64,000 bases of DNA, taken from IMG/VR virus record IMGVR_UViG_3300045256_000415. One strand, 5' to 3'. A program made the position numbers and the translations under genes. Positions 1-10,907 of this stretch are shown here, piece after piece. A model generated the notes under the pieces. The model saw only the letters and a list, made by a program, of their open reading frames with translations. It had not been told where the DNA came from and made no database searches. Origin of the DNA: an uncultured virus (IMG/VR IMGVR_UViG_3300045256_000415). Lineage: Duplodnaviria; Heunggongvirae; Uroviricota; Caudoviricetes. How positions within the stretch are numbered: position 1 is the first letter of the stretch; every line of letters starts with the position of its first letter.

Positions 1-499
1 TGTCGTGTTGATCCAGTGGTAGTATGTCTCCCATTCCTGCTGTGTTTTGAAACGCGATGGGTAGGGAGTGCCGTCAATTAATAGCACCCATTCACTCCAG
101 GGTGCCATATCGACCGGTGATGGTACTGGTGGCCGTTTCAGATGGGCGGTGAGGTTGTCGCCGTGGCGGAGAACGTCGTTGAGGAATTCTTTGCTCTCAC
201 GGCCGTACTCAACTAGGGCGCGGAGCCGTCCTTGGTGGATGTAGTTGTGACAATAGTGGCAGAGGCTGACAATTTCGACGAGTTGGCAGGTGCCTTTTTT
301 CCAGTCGATATTGTAGGATTCGTGTGCTTCAAGCCATTTGTGCTTTTTGGCTTTGGTCTTGGGGATGTTGCAGGCCCAGCACTTATAGAGGTTCTTGGCC
401 ATTGCTGCGTGCCGTTGGGCCTCCCACCACTTGTCACCTTTGACGGTGCGTGGGGTGAGGCCGTGTAGGGGTGGCGGGATGAGTGTGTGGAGTAGTAGC

Positions 500-787
500 T
501 CAGGGCGTGGGAAGTTCATGGTGTACCGGTTTGGCCCCGATGGGGACGCGGAGGACGACTAGTTCGCTGCTGTCTTGGACTATGGTGGCCTCGATCCATG
601 CGTCTCTGTAGTATAGGTAGAAGCGGGTGGATTGGCCACCGTTTTGGCTCTTGCTGACGCGACGACAGATGGGGATGATGGTGGATTTTGGGTCCTCGAT
701 TCCGTCGTAGGTGAGGTCGTAGTCCACGTGCTGGTGTACTACGTTGGACCGGCGACATTGCAGTCGCATGTAGACGTGTGGTGTCAT
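500..787 (-). CDS. hypothetical protein (95 aa)
   Basis: 3' part of track ORF 500..1237; ATG at 787 overlaps the stop of 784..1008 (ATGA coupling). Confidence 0.55.
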   Translation of the reverse strand: MTPHVYMRLQCRRSNVVHQHVDYDLTYDGIEDPKSTIIPICRRVSKSQNGGQSTRFYLYYRDAWIEATIVQDSSELVVLRVPIGAKPVHHELPTP

Positions 788-1008
788 GCTTTTGCCTTGA
801 TCCCCTCGAAATCCTTTGTCTGCAGGTTCTCGAAGTTGGTGTCCTCGTGGCCGTGTCGCACACTGAAGGTCGTCTGTTTGACCCCGATGAAGACTCGCCT
901 GAATCCCTTCTTGAGCCGGTTGGGGGCTCCGTTCTCTTTCCATCCCTTCATGCGGAGGAGGTTGATGATCTTCTGCTGCTTGGGCGGAAGTGGCTCGTCC
1001 GAAGGCAC
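784..1008 (-). CDS. hypothetical protein
   Basis: 74 aa ORF, GGAG upstream, coupled to the next gene. Confidence 0.6.
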   Translation of the reverse strand: MPSDEPLPPKQQKIINLLRMKGWKENGAPNRLKKGFRRVFIGVKQTTFSVRHGHEDTNFENLQTKDFEGIKAKA

Positions 1009-1432
1009 GTGTTGCTCCTAATTGGTGGGCTGTTATATCTACTGCTTCCTCTGCCATTTGCGGAGGAATGTTTCTGGCTTTATCCAATGACGTTGGGTCG
1101 CTGAGTTCGGTACGGAACTTCTTCTTACCATCGCTGCCCAGGTGACGTGCGATGATGGGCAGGTCGCCGTTTTGGTGGGTGATGGTTGCTATTGAGTGGG
1201 ATCGGGTTGTCGATGGTTTGTTGTCTGTCGAAAACAAGCTCTAGCAACTATTCGCGTAGGCGTGTCTGGTCTGGTCCCTCCCATACTCTCTTCAGTTCCG
1301 AAACATTGTTCGACCTGGAGCCAGTGCCAGATCCGCTGGTTGACGTAATGAAGGTCTTTTGGGCGTCGGCCTGATTGTGTCATTTAGACCTGCCTCGTGC
1401 AGGAATTTCACTTACGCCATTGATTTCCATAG

Positions 1433-2290
1433 CTAGCCTATACTTTCTAAGAATTTCGCGATTGCCTTCTCCACGAGGACCGCATCAAGCTCCGTGATCT
1501 GTGAGTAGTCGATATGGGTGTTGAGCGGTTTTAGGTTGTTGGTCACGCGATTATTGCGAACTGGATAGAAAACCAACACACCATCCTTTTCGCTGACGAT
1601 GATCTCAGGCTGGGCACCGGACCTCTTGGCCAGACATTCTCCCACAACGTAAAACCAGGGGTTGGCACCGGGTTGGCACGCCTCGTCCACGCTCACTTTG
1701 AGGTTGGGGAGGATGGTGGCTACACCCCGTACTCGGCACGACTTGTAGAAGCAGCGTAGGGAGTATGCGGGAGGCCCGCCGCAGCTGGGCACGCCCCACT
1801 CATAGGCTGGTTTGTTGAACTTGAGCGGCGGGAACGATGCGAGGTCGTTGGTACTCTTGATCTGTGGCTCTGTGATCGTCTTACCGCGGGCTTGCTTGAT
1901 TGCATTGACAGCTGCTCCGAGCCACGTCCGCCATGTGCCGTTTTTATGGCCAAACCAGTTGTTGTGGTCAGTTCGGTCGGTGATGCTCAGTTGGTCCCTG
2001 GTGGAGCGGAGGAACCGGCCGCGGTGGTCCCTGGCTTTTTTGTCGATTTTGATGATCTTGCCGGTGATTCGACTGCTGACGCTGGTGAGGGTGAGTTCGA
2101 AGGCGTACTTGATGCCGCGCTCGTCGTTGCGGGCACTGTACCGTTCGTAGTAGTACTTTGTGGCACCCTGGTGGCTGCCCTCATAGGTGGGTTTTTTGAC
2201 TTGGCGAATGGTGTACCCTTCTTCCCTAGCTGTCTCTACGAGAGTGCTGAGGACGTGGGCATGGTCGAAGTCGTTGAGTAGTGTGTTCAT
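1433..2290 (-). CDS. hypothetical protein
   Basis: 285 aa ORF, natural composition, no recognised domain. Confidence 0.75.
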   Translation of the reverse strand: MNTLLNDFDHAHVLSTLVETAREEGYTIRQVKKPTYEGSHQGATKYYYERYSARNDERGIKYAFELTLTSVSSRITGKIIKIDKKARDHRGRFLRSTRDQLSITDRTDHNNWFGHKNGTWRTWLGAAVNAIKQARGKTITEPQIKSTNDLASFPPLKFNKPAYEWGVPSCGGPPAYSLRCFYKSCRVRGVATILPNLKVSVDEACQPGANPWFYVVGECLAKRSGAQPEIIVSEKDGVLVFYPVRNNRVTNNLKPLNTHIDYSQITELDAVLVEKAIAKFLESIG

Positions 2291-2354
2291 GTGCGATCCC
2301 TTGCTCTGGTTCTTGTCCTACTGTGGCAGAGCAGAGGGTGGCCTTTAAATACAG

Positions 2355-2624
2355 CTACCAGCCGTCTGTCTCTCCTCGTCTGGCCTGTTCTAGAATACCC
2401 TCCATGATTGGATTATAGACAGGCATGAATAACTTGCTGGCTAGCTGGAAATTAATGTGGGATAGCAGGTCTAGCGGGATGAAGACTGGATGCCAGTTGC
2501 CACCCCCATGATCCTTCATGATGACCACTTTCTTCCTTTTGTCGCCGATCACGAGGCCCTGAACCAGCTTGCCGGCGAGCCGGAACTGAACTCGTTGTAG
2601 CTTGGAGAGTTCTGTGCTGGTCAT
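2355..2624 (-). CDS. hypothetical protein
   Basis: AAGGAGG SD before ATG at 2624 (MTSTEL...). Confidence 0.65.
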   Translation of the reverse strand: MTSTELSKLQRVQFRLAGKLVQGLVIGDKRKKVVIMKDHGGGNWHPVFIPLDLLSHINFQLASKLFMPVYNPIMEGILEQARRGETDGW

Positions 2625-2662
2625 AGGGGTATCCTCCTTTCTACCCCTATATTCCTGCAACC

Positions 2663-3166
2663 TATAACCTCTTTCGGCGGGGAAGCCTCGACTTGTGTAA
2701 CCTTAAACTCCTGTCAGACATCGATTTGATGTGTAGATGCTGGACGTGCCGACAATAGCGGAGCGGAACATCGTAGGCGGGTCGGGGCCAGCATCTACCG
2801 TCTCCTCTGCGGGAGGGTCTTCCAGATGGGTACCAGTGTCTCTGTTGGAATTGCAATTTCCGTAAGGCGTATGGTCTCTGCAGTAGGTCGCCGACTACCG
2901 TGAGGAATTGGGCCTATCGGAAGCGGTTGAAACTCGCAGCTATTAACGCCTATGGGAGCTAATGTCCGTGTGGTGTCAAAGATGAAGTGATTCTGACCAT
3001 TGACCACACCGAAGGTGGCGGGAACAAACACTGACGGTCCCTGGCCCTCGATGGTCTAAGCTTCTACCGATGGCTACGCGATAATAAATATCCTGGCGAG
3101 TTCAGGGTCCTGTGCTTTAGCTGTAACTGTGGATGGGCAATCGATGAAACTCTCTTACCTGTGTGA
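2663..3166 (+). pseudogene. decayed tandem HNH endonuclease
   Basis: Manual translation: ...GAEHRRRVGASIYRLL/LREGLPDGYQCLCWNCN...AINAYGS*CPCG...ILTIDHTEGGGNKH*R...FYRWLRDNKYPGEFRVLCFSCN; in-frame TAA 2960-62 and TGA 3032-34. Confidence 0.8.
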
Positions 3167-3773
3167 AGGCAATGTCGCCGACATAATGAAGCAGGGGCAG
3201 AAGGTTGCCCAGGATCAATTACAGGGATTAGTGACTGACCCAGCCAACCTCTATAACCATATTGTTCGCGGTCTGACCTATACCCAGGGAATCTTACTCA
3301 GCGATGAGGCGTACTGGAAGAAGATGTTCGCCTTTTGGGCGATGGTTACCGACGACCAGAAGAATGAGATCTTCCAAGAAGTGGCCAGGAGCGTGACCAA
3401 GAAACTGCAAGCTTGGCAGCAGACCGGGCAGCTTCAGGAGAGTGTTATGGGTGCGGTCGGCAAAGCCATCGGAGGGGCTGTCAATTGGGTAGGACGCCAG
3501 ATTACTGGTTTCGCTCAATTCGTGGCCAAAATCAAGGATATTCTGGATGCCGGTCAGGGTCGGCAAACCACCCCAGGCCAACGCCAACAGCAGTCTGTAG
3601 TCTACTCAAAGCTGAACGCGGAGAGCGTTATTGGCTTCGTGGATCGCTGCACCGACTTGTCCCAGAAGGCTAAGAAGGCACAGGACGAAGAGGCTAAAAA
3701 GCAGGAGTCTGCCCAGCAGCCAGAACAACCTGACGGGCCTTCCCAGCCACAAGCGGGTCCCCAACCTGCTTAG
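3144..3773 (+). CDS. hypothetical protein, possible internal head protein
   Basis: Starts MKLSYLCEG; Gln-rich, with an amphipathic segment after LQES. Confidence 0.7.
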   Translation: MKLSYLCEGNVADIMKQGQKVAQDQLQGLVTDPANLYNHIVRGLTYTQGILLSDEAYWKKMFAFWAMVTDDQKNEIFQEVARSVTKKLQAWQQTGQLQESVMGAVGKAIGGAVNWVGRQITGFAQFVAKIKDILDAGQGRQTTPGQRQQQSVVYSKLNAESVIGFVDRCTDLSQKAKKAQDEEAKKQESAQQPEQPDGPSQPQAGPQPA

Positions 3774-4020
3774 CCAGCCCTTTCACAATCAGTAGGGACA
3801 CTCGGTTCCGCACTAGCTGTTCGAACTCCATGAGCAGTACCTTGTCGGATTTGAGGTAGTTCTGACTTTTTCTCGTCGCTTTCGGTGGCGATTTTGTTCT
3901 CTTTCTTACTGCTCTCTAGTTGTGAGACGTAGTAGAACTCGCTGATGTGCCGCAAGGCTTTCGTGCGGTTGAACTGGAGTAGCCCATGGAAGTCATGAAC
4001 TGAGAGCGGGGTGAAAGACG

Positions 4021-4263
4021 CTAATTCCCTTGTTTGAGGTAGCAGTTCTTGCCGGAGCAGCAACTGCACTTGTCGTTGCGGCCGATACGTTGTTGGCTCT
4101 TGATGGGGTCTGGGATTCCCGCGGCACAACGCAGGCAAATTGGTTGCGTGAGTCCCTGGACATTAACGCGGCCAGGGCGAACCCCGGCCGGGCGGCACAG
4201 GGGGCAGACTGGTGTCTATCCCTCGCCGAATTGGTCATCGAGTTCTGGGCACTTATTGCTCAT
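4021..4263 (-). pseudogene. SEC-C motif/zinc-finger protein, disrupted
   Basis: MSNKCPELDDQFGEG*TPVCPLC...ICLRC...IGRNDKCSCCSGKNC; in-frame TAG at 4216-18 and truncated SEC-C motif. Confidence 0.6.
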
Positions 4264-4267
4264 GGCC

Positions 4268-4555
4268 TCAGTGGACCATCACGCCCAGGATGGTCGCCCC
4301 CAGGATCAAGGACAGGCCCAGGATCAAGGACAGGCCCAGGACCATCGACGCCACCACGATCGCCAGGGCGATGTTGGGCTTGTGCGGCTCCGGGACCACG
4401 ACTGCCGGGGACCGGCCGAGTAGTTCCTTGGACAGGCTGCCGGGGGTCGCCTTGTCGATCAGGCGGTAGCCGATGAAGAACAGCACCATCACCAGGGCGA
4501 ACACGATCACCAGGGCCAGGAGCATCGTCCCGAAATGTTCTGGAAAAATCGCCAT
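4268..4555 (-). CDS. DUF350-like small membrane protein
   Basis: Two hydrophobic segments, DKATPG...EL...NIALAIV pattern; internal 18-bp duplication (LGLSLI x2). Confidence 0.7.
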   Translation of the reverse strand: MAIFPEHFGTMLLALVIVFALVMVLFFIGYRLIDKATPGSLSKELLGRSPAVVVPEPHKPNIALAIVVASMVLGLSLILGLSLILGATILGVMVH

Positions 4556-5071
4556 GTAAACCTCACGAGGTAAGTGTCATACTTTCCAAATCAAGTCTAT
4601 ACAGGGAACGAAAATGTGAACTAGGTGTTTGTTTACATTGTCCTTCTCCTGTGGTTGTAGGGAAGGCTTACTGCGGACGTTGTCGGACCAAACTCGACGA
4701 TAGTCGCCGCAGACTGACTGTTGAAATCAAGAGTATAACGGGTAGGCACCCAAAAGTCGTCCTCGTTCAACGCAACTGAGTTTCGAGTTCTATGCCGAAA
4801 TTGCAATTCGGGCAGAGCCATTAATGGTGGCGTTTGCCTTCACCTATGGCAGGCCCAGCCGTGAATCAGTCGAGATGTCGCCGTTCGAACTCCCACCCCA
4901 TCTACTGCTCGATCGGCCCCCAGACGATGAGGAACCGTCGCTGCTCCGACCGCCGCCGCCTTTCTGGGCGAAGGCCATACCCGGCTCTAGTACGAGGCAG
5001 AATGCCACGGCGAGAGCGATAACACGCTTCATCGACTATCTCCTGAGGTTGCTGATTGACCAATACAGTGG

Positions 5072-5536
5072 TTAGAACGGAGGGAATCCCATCCGCGGCA
5101 GTAGGATCTGCATGACGCGGTGCGGTGCCCAATGCACCTGTTCCCCCTCCTGCGGCGTGAGGGCGACGAACTCCGGGATGGTGACCCACCGCCACTCTTC
5201 GCACTTGTTCGGCTCCATCACCTTCGGCTTGTCGGTGCCGGCGTAGGTGGCGACCGTCCACACGGTCAGGTGGTCTTCCCGCGGATAGTGGTGGCTGACG
5301 CCAACAGCACAATCGACGAATTCGTCGATCTCATCTACCTCGACTTCTAGGCCGGTTTCTTCCATCACTTCCCGCTTGGTACACTGAGCCAGCGTTTCGC
5401 TAGGGTCGAGCATTCCACTGGGGAGTGCCCAGACGCCGGGACCACGTTTGTTGACCTTGGATCGCAGGCCGAGCAGAAACTTAAGGACTCCGTTTTCGAA
5501 TGTGACTACGAATGTCCCTACGCCGATAGAGGGCAT
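5072..5536 (-). CDS. NUDIX hydrolase
   Basis: Nudix box WALPSGMLDPSETLAQCTKREVMEETGL; EPNKCEEWRW as in MutT/NUDT15-like enzymes. Confidence 0.9.
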   Translation of the reverse strand: MPSIGVGTFVVTFENGVLKFLLGLRSKVNKRGPGVWALPSGMLDPSETLAQCTKREVMEETGLEVEVDEIDEFVDCAVGVSHHYPREDHLTVWTVATYAGTDKPKVMEPNKCEEWRWVTIPEFVALTPQEGEQVHWAPHRVMQILLPRMGFPPF

Positions 5537-5910
5537 CACTGGTCCTTCTTCGTGGGTTCTGTGAAATGACGGCACCGGCCGTCTTGATAGCACCGCGGCG
5601 TCTTCCATGTACTGACGCTTTAAGTACCAGCCCCGGTGTACGCCTACCCAACACAGTGTCCTATATAGGGTCGGTCCCCTGTTGTTGCATCGTCTGGATG
5701 AAGCCCCAAACCTTGGCGGCATCGGCCAGGGTGAAGCGCCGAGGTTGTCCTTAATCCGGTCGGTGTCATCGAACTCCATGTAACGGACGCCCTTGAGGTT
5801 CGGGCAGCCGAACTCCACACGAGTCATCCCCGGATTCCGGATGCCGATGACAGCTTAAGGGCGGTCCTTCTTGGCACCGACCGCTTGTTCGCAGCTGCAA
5901 GTCTCTACGA

Positions 5911-6402
5911 TCATCGCACGAATTCCTTGAATTTGACGGGCTTGTAGTTGGTGGCCTCGACCGACAGCAGGCGGTGGGTGGACTCGCTGTACCACTCCGG
6001 CCGCCTGTGATGGTCGTCATGGTGCCAGTGGCCATGCACGTTCATACGGACGCCACTTGGCAGCTTCTCAACCGGTTTGTGGGACAGCAGGATGTCGTCC
6101 ACCACGATCATGTCCGCAGCGAAGACGAATCCGTTCTTCATGAACCAGCCCTTGGACTTCTTGTCGTGATTCCCCATCAACAACACCTTGGTGCCAGGGA
6201 TGCTGTCCAGCATCCCCTTGAGCTTCGGGTACTGGTAAAAAATCACGTCGCCAAGGTGGTATAGGGTATCCTGGGCGGCGAGCAGGTGTCGCATGTTCTT
6301 GAGTAGTCGCTCACCGAAGTCAGCCGGACGCCCATTACCCAACATGAAGTCGTGGAAAAAGTGGGTGTCGGTGGTGAGCCAAGAGATCGCTGGTCGTGCC
6401 AT
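5911..6402 (-). CDS. calcineurin-like metallophosphoesterase
   Basis: DTH, HLGD, GNHD, SH, HGHWH motifs. Confidence 0.9.
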   Translation of the reverse strand: MARPAISWLTTDTHFFHDFMLGNGRPADFGERLLKNMRHLLAAQDTLYHLGDVIFYQYPKLKGMLDSIPGTKVLLMGNHDKKSKGWFMKNGFVFAADMIVVDDILLSHKPVEKLPSGVRMNVHGHWHHDDHHRRPEWYSESTHRLLSVEATNYKPVKFKEFVR

Positions 6403-6476
6403 TGTTGCCTCCTGAAGCCCTGTGGCAGGTGAAGCTACTGTAGTTAAGTTGAGAGCGGTAGACACGAGGGACTACC

Positions 6477-7388
6477 ATGGGTTGCAGCGTCACCATCCTC
6501 CACGACGGCAAGAGCACCGTCCGGGCTCTGCGTAAAGGATGGGGCACGAAATACGCCCTGACATTCCCGGTGGATTTCGCTGCCGAGAAGAAGCGGGTTC
6601 GTGTCGTGATTCAGGTTGATGGCCGTGAGGTCAGCGGCTTCTACCAAATCGACGCCCAACAAATCGGGCTCCCACCACAAAGACTCGCCAAAACTGGCCC
6701 GGGGTTCGGGGCCTATTGGCCAGCCGTGGATGGTATCAGCGTCGGTGTCAATCTCTCTGGCGATGACATAGAGAAGCTAGAGGTCAGGCCCCAAACCAAG
6801 CAGTGGTGGGGTGTGTTCCGCAACAATAAGGACTGCAAATGCCAGAAAATCGGGCCACAGGACACCAAGCCCAAGCGTCCGGACGGCTACGTTCTTGTTG
6901 GGTACTACAACGACGCGGCTGAAGCTGACGCCGGAGCTACAAGGTGCGAGAAGCAACTCCCACAGGACTGCGGTGGGAGCGGGGGCGGTCCCCCAACCGG
7001 AATCGCCAGAGCCACACTCAGCTTCGGCTCGCGAGTGCCGGGAGCATATCTCACCCGCAACGTCTCCATGTCTGCCTCCGGGCATTTCGCCACCACTGGT
7101 TTCTTCATGTCCGGCCGACTCCTTGGCCCGGATGTGATTCCTGCACCGGCACCGAAGAAACTTCTGGCCAACATCACCATTACCAGAGGCCCTGATGGTG
7201 GCTACCCAACAATCTCTGGTGAACTTCTGGGGCCGGAGAATGACCTGTTGGCTCTACCTGAAACAAGCACCAGTTACGGCGGGGCTGGGCCGGACGGTAT
7301 CATCTACGATGCGACTTGGGCCAATCTATCGCTTCGTAAGATGGGCATCTTCGACCTGACTATCCGTGTCTTAATTCCGCTGAACTAA
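6477..7388 (+). CDS. hypothetical protein
   Basis: 303 aa ORF with GAGG SD; no recognised domain. Confidence 0.7.
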   Translation: MGCSVTILHDGKSTVRALRKGWGTKYALTFPVDFAAEKKRVRVVIQVDGREVSGFYQIDAQQIGLPPQRLAKTGPGFGAYWPAVDGISVGVNLSGDDIEKLEVRPQTKQWWGVFRNNKDCKCQKIGPQDTKPKRPDGYVLVGYYNDAAEADAGATRCEKQLPQDCGGSGGGPPTGIARATLSFGSRVPGAYLTRNVSMSASGHFATTGFFMSGRLLGPDVIPAPAPKKLLANITITRGPDGGYPTISGELLGPENDLLALPETSTSYGGAGPDGIIYDATWANLSLRKMGIFDLTIRVLIPLN

Positions 7389-7398
7389 GGGGTGCACG

Positions 7399-7821
7399 AT
7401 GAGTTGCTGTAGCGGTCGTACTCAGACCCGGAAGATGTCCGTGGTTATCGTTTTCCGCCCCACGCTGGATCAGCAATTCCAGCTAAAGGTGAATCTGCAG
7501 GGTCGCAACGGTTTGTGGAAGGGGCGAGACACTGGAACCTTCGACTTCGGCACTCAAATACACTGCGGGAACAAGCCGCCGATCGGGACACAGGATGTGA
7601 CGATTAAGGTGCAACTACAGTGTACAGAAGGCGAGAATTTGGTCATCACCGGTTTCTTGGACATTCGGGTCGCTAAGACTATCAGCCGTTTCAACCTCCC
7701 TGCTGCGATCATGGACTGTCCGCGGGGTGGTCCTGGTTGTCTGGTGGAGTGGCCGTATCTGTTCTTCAACGAATATCTGGGCAACGGCTCAATTACCGTG
7801 CGTGGTGTTGAGACTGCCTAG
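7399..7821 (+). CDS. hypothetical Cys-containing protein
   Basis: 140 aa ORF directly downstream of 6477..7388. Confidence 0.7.
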   Translation: MSCCSGRTQTRKMSVVIVFRPTLDQQFQLKVNLQGRNGLWKGRDTGTFDFGTQIHCGNKPPIGTQDVTIKVQLQCTEGENLVITGFLDIRVAKTISRFNLPAAIMDCPRGGPGCLVEWPYLFFNEYLGNGSITVRGVETA

Positions 7822-8136
7822 TAGCGGCGGTTACATTTGTCATTGGTGATTGGCGTCATCACCACGCACTGGCGTGTCGTAGTCACAGACGACCTCATAC
7901 TCCGCGGTGCCGTCAGCCCACTCAATCGCCAAGATAGTCCCGGCCAGGGCATTAAGCCCACTACCTGTCATTGTTAAGGCATTGCATCCCTGGCGATAAT
8001 ACTCAGTACGTAGCGATGGGTGAAGTGGTATAACAGGACAGCGATTGGAAATTGGTCCTCGTCCTGGTCGTCGGTGAAGCCGGCCGGTTGGAAGCCCACG
8101 TCGGTGCCGTCAATGTAGTGGGAGACGCCGAAACTC

Positions 8137-8472
8137 TTACCGGCGAACGTGAGCGGCGCAAACGGCGGTTTCACGACATGCCTCAAGCATGTTGACCAGT
8201 TTATCAATACTTGTGGGGTTGGCTAACTCTAATTCTATTTCGCGATCTGGAGACTTGCTGCGTAGTAGGCTACCGGGAATGAGATGAAGGCGATCACCAA
8301 CGATTTTAAGGAGGAATGCGTGTTTGTGGGCGTCGAAGCCATTAATGGTGCGAATGACGAAGATGTCCGCGGCGAACCCTTGGTTGCAACTGACTTCTTC
8401 GCACCGGAGGCATTTGAAATGTTCTTGAAGCCCATGGCAGATAGCCCTAAGAATGGTAAGTTCGTCCGTCAT
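8137..8472 (-). CDS. hypothetical protein (L-A-D/N-P C-terminal motif family)
   Basis: 111 aa; C-terminal IELELANPTSIDKL. Confidence 0.6.
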   Translation of the reverse strand: MTDELTILRAICHGLQEHFKCLRCEEVSCNQGFAADIFVIRTINGFDAHKHAFLLKIVGDRLHLIPGSLLRSKSPDREIELELANPTSIDKLVNMLEACRETAVCAAHVRR

Positions 8473-8608
8473 ATGTATGCGAACTTGCTTACCTGTTAGG
8501 GGTCACACGCCGACCGGCCGCCAGCCGATCTTCTGGGTGTCTGGTCGCATCGCCCGGTGCCGGCGGATGAAAGTCTTCAAATGGCGAGCAAGCTCCATCC
8601 ACGCCGGC

Positions 8609-9277
8609 TTACCAGACATGGTGTTCGTCCGCGTTGTAGTTCTTGCCGTCCAGGTCCACCATAAGCGGGAACTGGTAGTGACCAAACACTTCCTTACCCC
8701 TCCCCCACCACTCATACGACTTGTCGATGATCCGCACCACCAGTGCAGCCATATCCGTCGGTGGCTCCGGCACGGTCAGATCGAACGAATGCTTGTAGAG
8801 GGGGCGACGAGCCTTGTTCTGTTTGGGTCCAACGTGGTGGATTGCGCACATCAACAGTGAGTCGTAGCCCTCGACACCACCGCCGTACTGCTGGTAACGG
8901 CGGAAGCATCTCTTCCGAGGGCTATCATCGTGCTGGACGTAGCCGTTAGCACGCCAGAACGACAGGTTGATCGTGTAGTTTACGGTTGATTCGAGCCTAA
9001 GCCCTAGGAGACGGAGAGGCTTTTTGGGCTGCTTAATCTGTAGGAAGGTGAGTTGGTTAAGCGGCGGATTGGCGGCATAGAACGAGTATGGGGACTGGTT
9101 GGGCGGGGTCCGCTTCACGAACAAGAAGTCGTTGTGGCCGATCCCACCGGACACGCCCTTGGCGATTGCCGCTTTGATGGTTTCTTCGTGAATGACGAGA
9201 GGTGTGATGGTCCACCCCTTAGACTGTTTCTTAAGTTGCTCGGCGAAGTCGATCGCCACTGCACCGAGCACGCTCAT
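8609..9277 (-). CDS. hypothetical protein
   Basis: 222 aa ORF, starts 2 nt after the methyltransferase stop. Confidence 0.7.
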   Translation of the reverse strand: MSVLGAVAIDFAEQLKKQSKGWTITPLVIHEETIKAAIAKGVSGGIGHNDFLFVKRTPPNQSPYSFYAANPPLNQLTFLQIKQPKKPLRLLGLRLESTVNYTINLSFWRANGYVQHDDSPRKRCFRRYQQYGGGVEGYDSLLMCAIHHVGPKQNKARRPLYKHSFDLTVPEPPTDMAALVVRIIDKSYEWWGRGKEVFGHYQFPLMVDLDGKNYNADEHHVW

Positions 9278-9279
9278 GG

Positions 9280-10263
9280 TTATTCAGCCTTCAAGGTGTA
9301 GTCGATGAACGAGTTGGCCATGATCTTCAAGGCACCGGCTGGATCGATGGCTCCTTTCCACGTAACTTTGATAATACGGTCCAGCAAGTCCCCACTGAAA
9401 AATGGGTCCACCGGCTCCGCATGGCCCTTGCTCTCAGCCACTTTGAGGCCGGATTCGCGGAATATGTGCTCGTAGGTCGCACGTGGTCGGTTGAACTTGA
9501 GGACCGCGGGGGCCTCTGCCCCCATTTGAATGAGTTCGTCGGGCGTGAATGCGAGATGCAGGAAGGCTTTGTTGTGACCGTGCTCGTACAGGTGACCACC
9601 GTGTTTGGCCGTCCACGGGTGGGTCCGTACGACAACCTTGCCGCCCGGTGCCAGCACCGAGTTGAGCCACGTCATGAACTTGACCGGTTCTTCCCCTTGC
9701 AGGTGGTCCAGCACGTCGTACAGAATGATGGTGTCGTACTGGTTGGTTTCGACGAAACTGCGGTCCGCGGTGAATGAGACGACGCCATTGGCCAGCTTCT
9801 GCCAGATGGCGTTCTCGCGGATATCGTAGCCGACGACCTTCTTGGCGTGATTGCCGATCTCGCGGGCGATATAGCCCTCGTCACAACCCACGTCCAGCAC
9901 GGTCTGTCCGTCGAAGTTGCCCAGGAGTCGGGTGATCTGTAGTGCCCGGAATTGTTTCTCGGTCGGCCCCTTGTGGGTGACGATCATGTGGGGCATGACC
10001 GCTTCCGGCCAATCGTGGTTGGCCGGGTTGGGTGGTGGTCCGATCTGGTCAGCCGGTAGGCTTTCCGCCGTTTGGATCTTCGGTTTCCGGCCGGTGAATG
10101 AAGCCCGTTTCGCTGGGGCGGTAGAAGAACTCGCGGGGGACACCGAGCCCACGGAAGATTTTATCGCGAAAGTATCTGGCGTCGTCGAGTTCACCAGGGT
10201 TCGTAGTGAGTCCAAGTCCGCTTGGAGCTTGTCCAGGGCCACCAGGATCGCTGCCTTGTCCAT
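9280..10263 (-). CDS. class I SAM-dependent methyltransferase
   Basis: VLDVGCDEG motif I, YDTIILYDVLDHL, LAPGG; paralogue of 42631..43518. Confidence 0.9.
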   Translation of the reverse strand: MDKAAILVALDKLQADLDSLRTLVNSTTPDTFAIKSSVGSVSPASSSTAPAKRASFTGRKPKIQTAESLPADQIGPPPNPANHDWPEAVMPHMIVTHKGPTEKQFRALQITRLLGNFDGQTVLDVGCDEGYIAREIGNHAKKVVGYDIRENAIWQKLANGVVSFTADRSFVETNQYDTIILYDVLDHLQGEEPVKFMTWLNSVLAPGGKVVVRTHPWTAKHGGHLYEHGHNKAFLHLAFTPDELIQMGAEAPAVLKFNRPRATYEHIFRESGLKVAESKGHAEPVDPFFSGDLLDRIIKVTWKGAIDPAGALKIMANSFIDYTLKAE

Positions 10264-10397
10264 GTAACTTGCCCCAATCGATGGGTGGCGTCTCAGTCAG
10301 GTGTTGGAGCCCTCGCTCGGCGAAGTGTTGTTCCACTCGCTGCCTGTACGGGTGATCCGGCCCAATCTCTTCCGAGTGAGGGTACACGGCTACGTAC

Positions 10398-10720
10398 TCA
10401 CAGTTCCGAAATCTTAACAGACACAGCGGTGTGGACACACCCCGTCATCAAAGGCGGCGGCGTGGTTGCAGTTGGCACACGGAATTCTGAATCATGGTGG
10501 ATGTGCTTCAGCCATCGATATATGTGCTTCACGGTCTTACGATGTTGATTGCCTCCTCCGTCGATATGGTCGATCACTAGGAAGTCCAGTGTCTTCTTGC
10601 CGCAACAAACGCAGACCGGATCACCCTTGCAATAGTGACCGAAGATCTCCAGCTTCAGGAGCCGCTTGTTCAACCGCGATCGAAGCCGCTCGCATTCTTT
10701 GCAGGTGCCCTGGTCCGGCT
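10398..10720 (-). pseudogene. decayed HNH endonuclease
   Basis: CVCCG...FLVIDHIDGGGNQHR...IYRWL...EFRV, then CANCN continues in another frame near 10475. Confidence 0.75.
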
Positions 10721-10907
10721 ATACTAGTCCAGGAATTTCTTGAGGGTCTGCATGCGGAGAAGTGCCGGTGTGGCCTTAGACAGAAGAGAAGGGCCGTAAG
10801 AGGCCCTTCCCGTGCCTTCCGTTGCATTCAAGACCGTCTACCCGCCCAGCGTGCCGCCCTTAAGACCGACTCCAAGAAGACACAACGGAGAAGCAGAACA
10901 GGCCATG

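Noticed and set aside
4298..4342. 18-bp tandem repeat as a functional array
   Set aside because: A simple in-frame duplication within the DUF350 transmembrane helix
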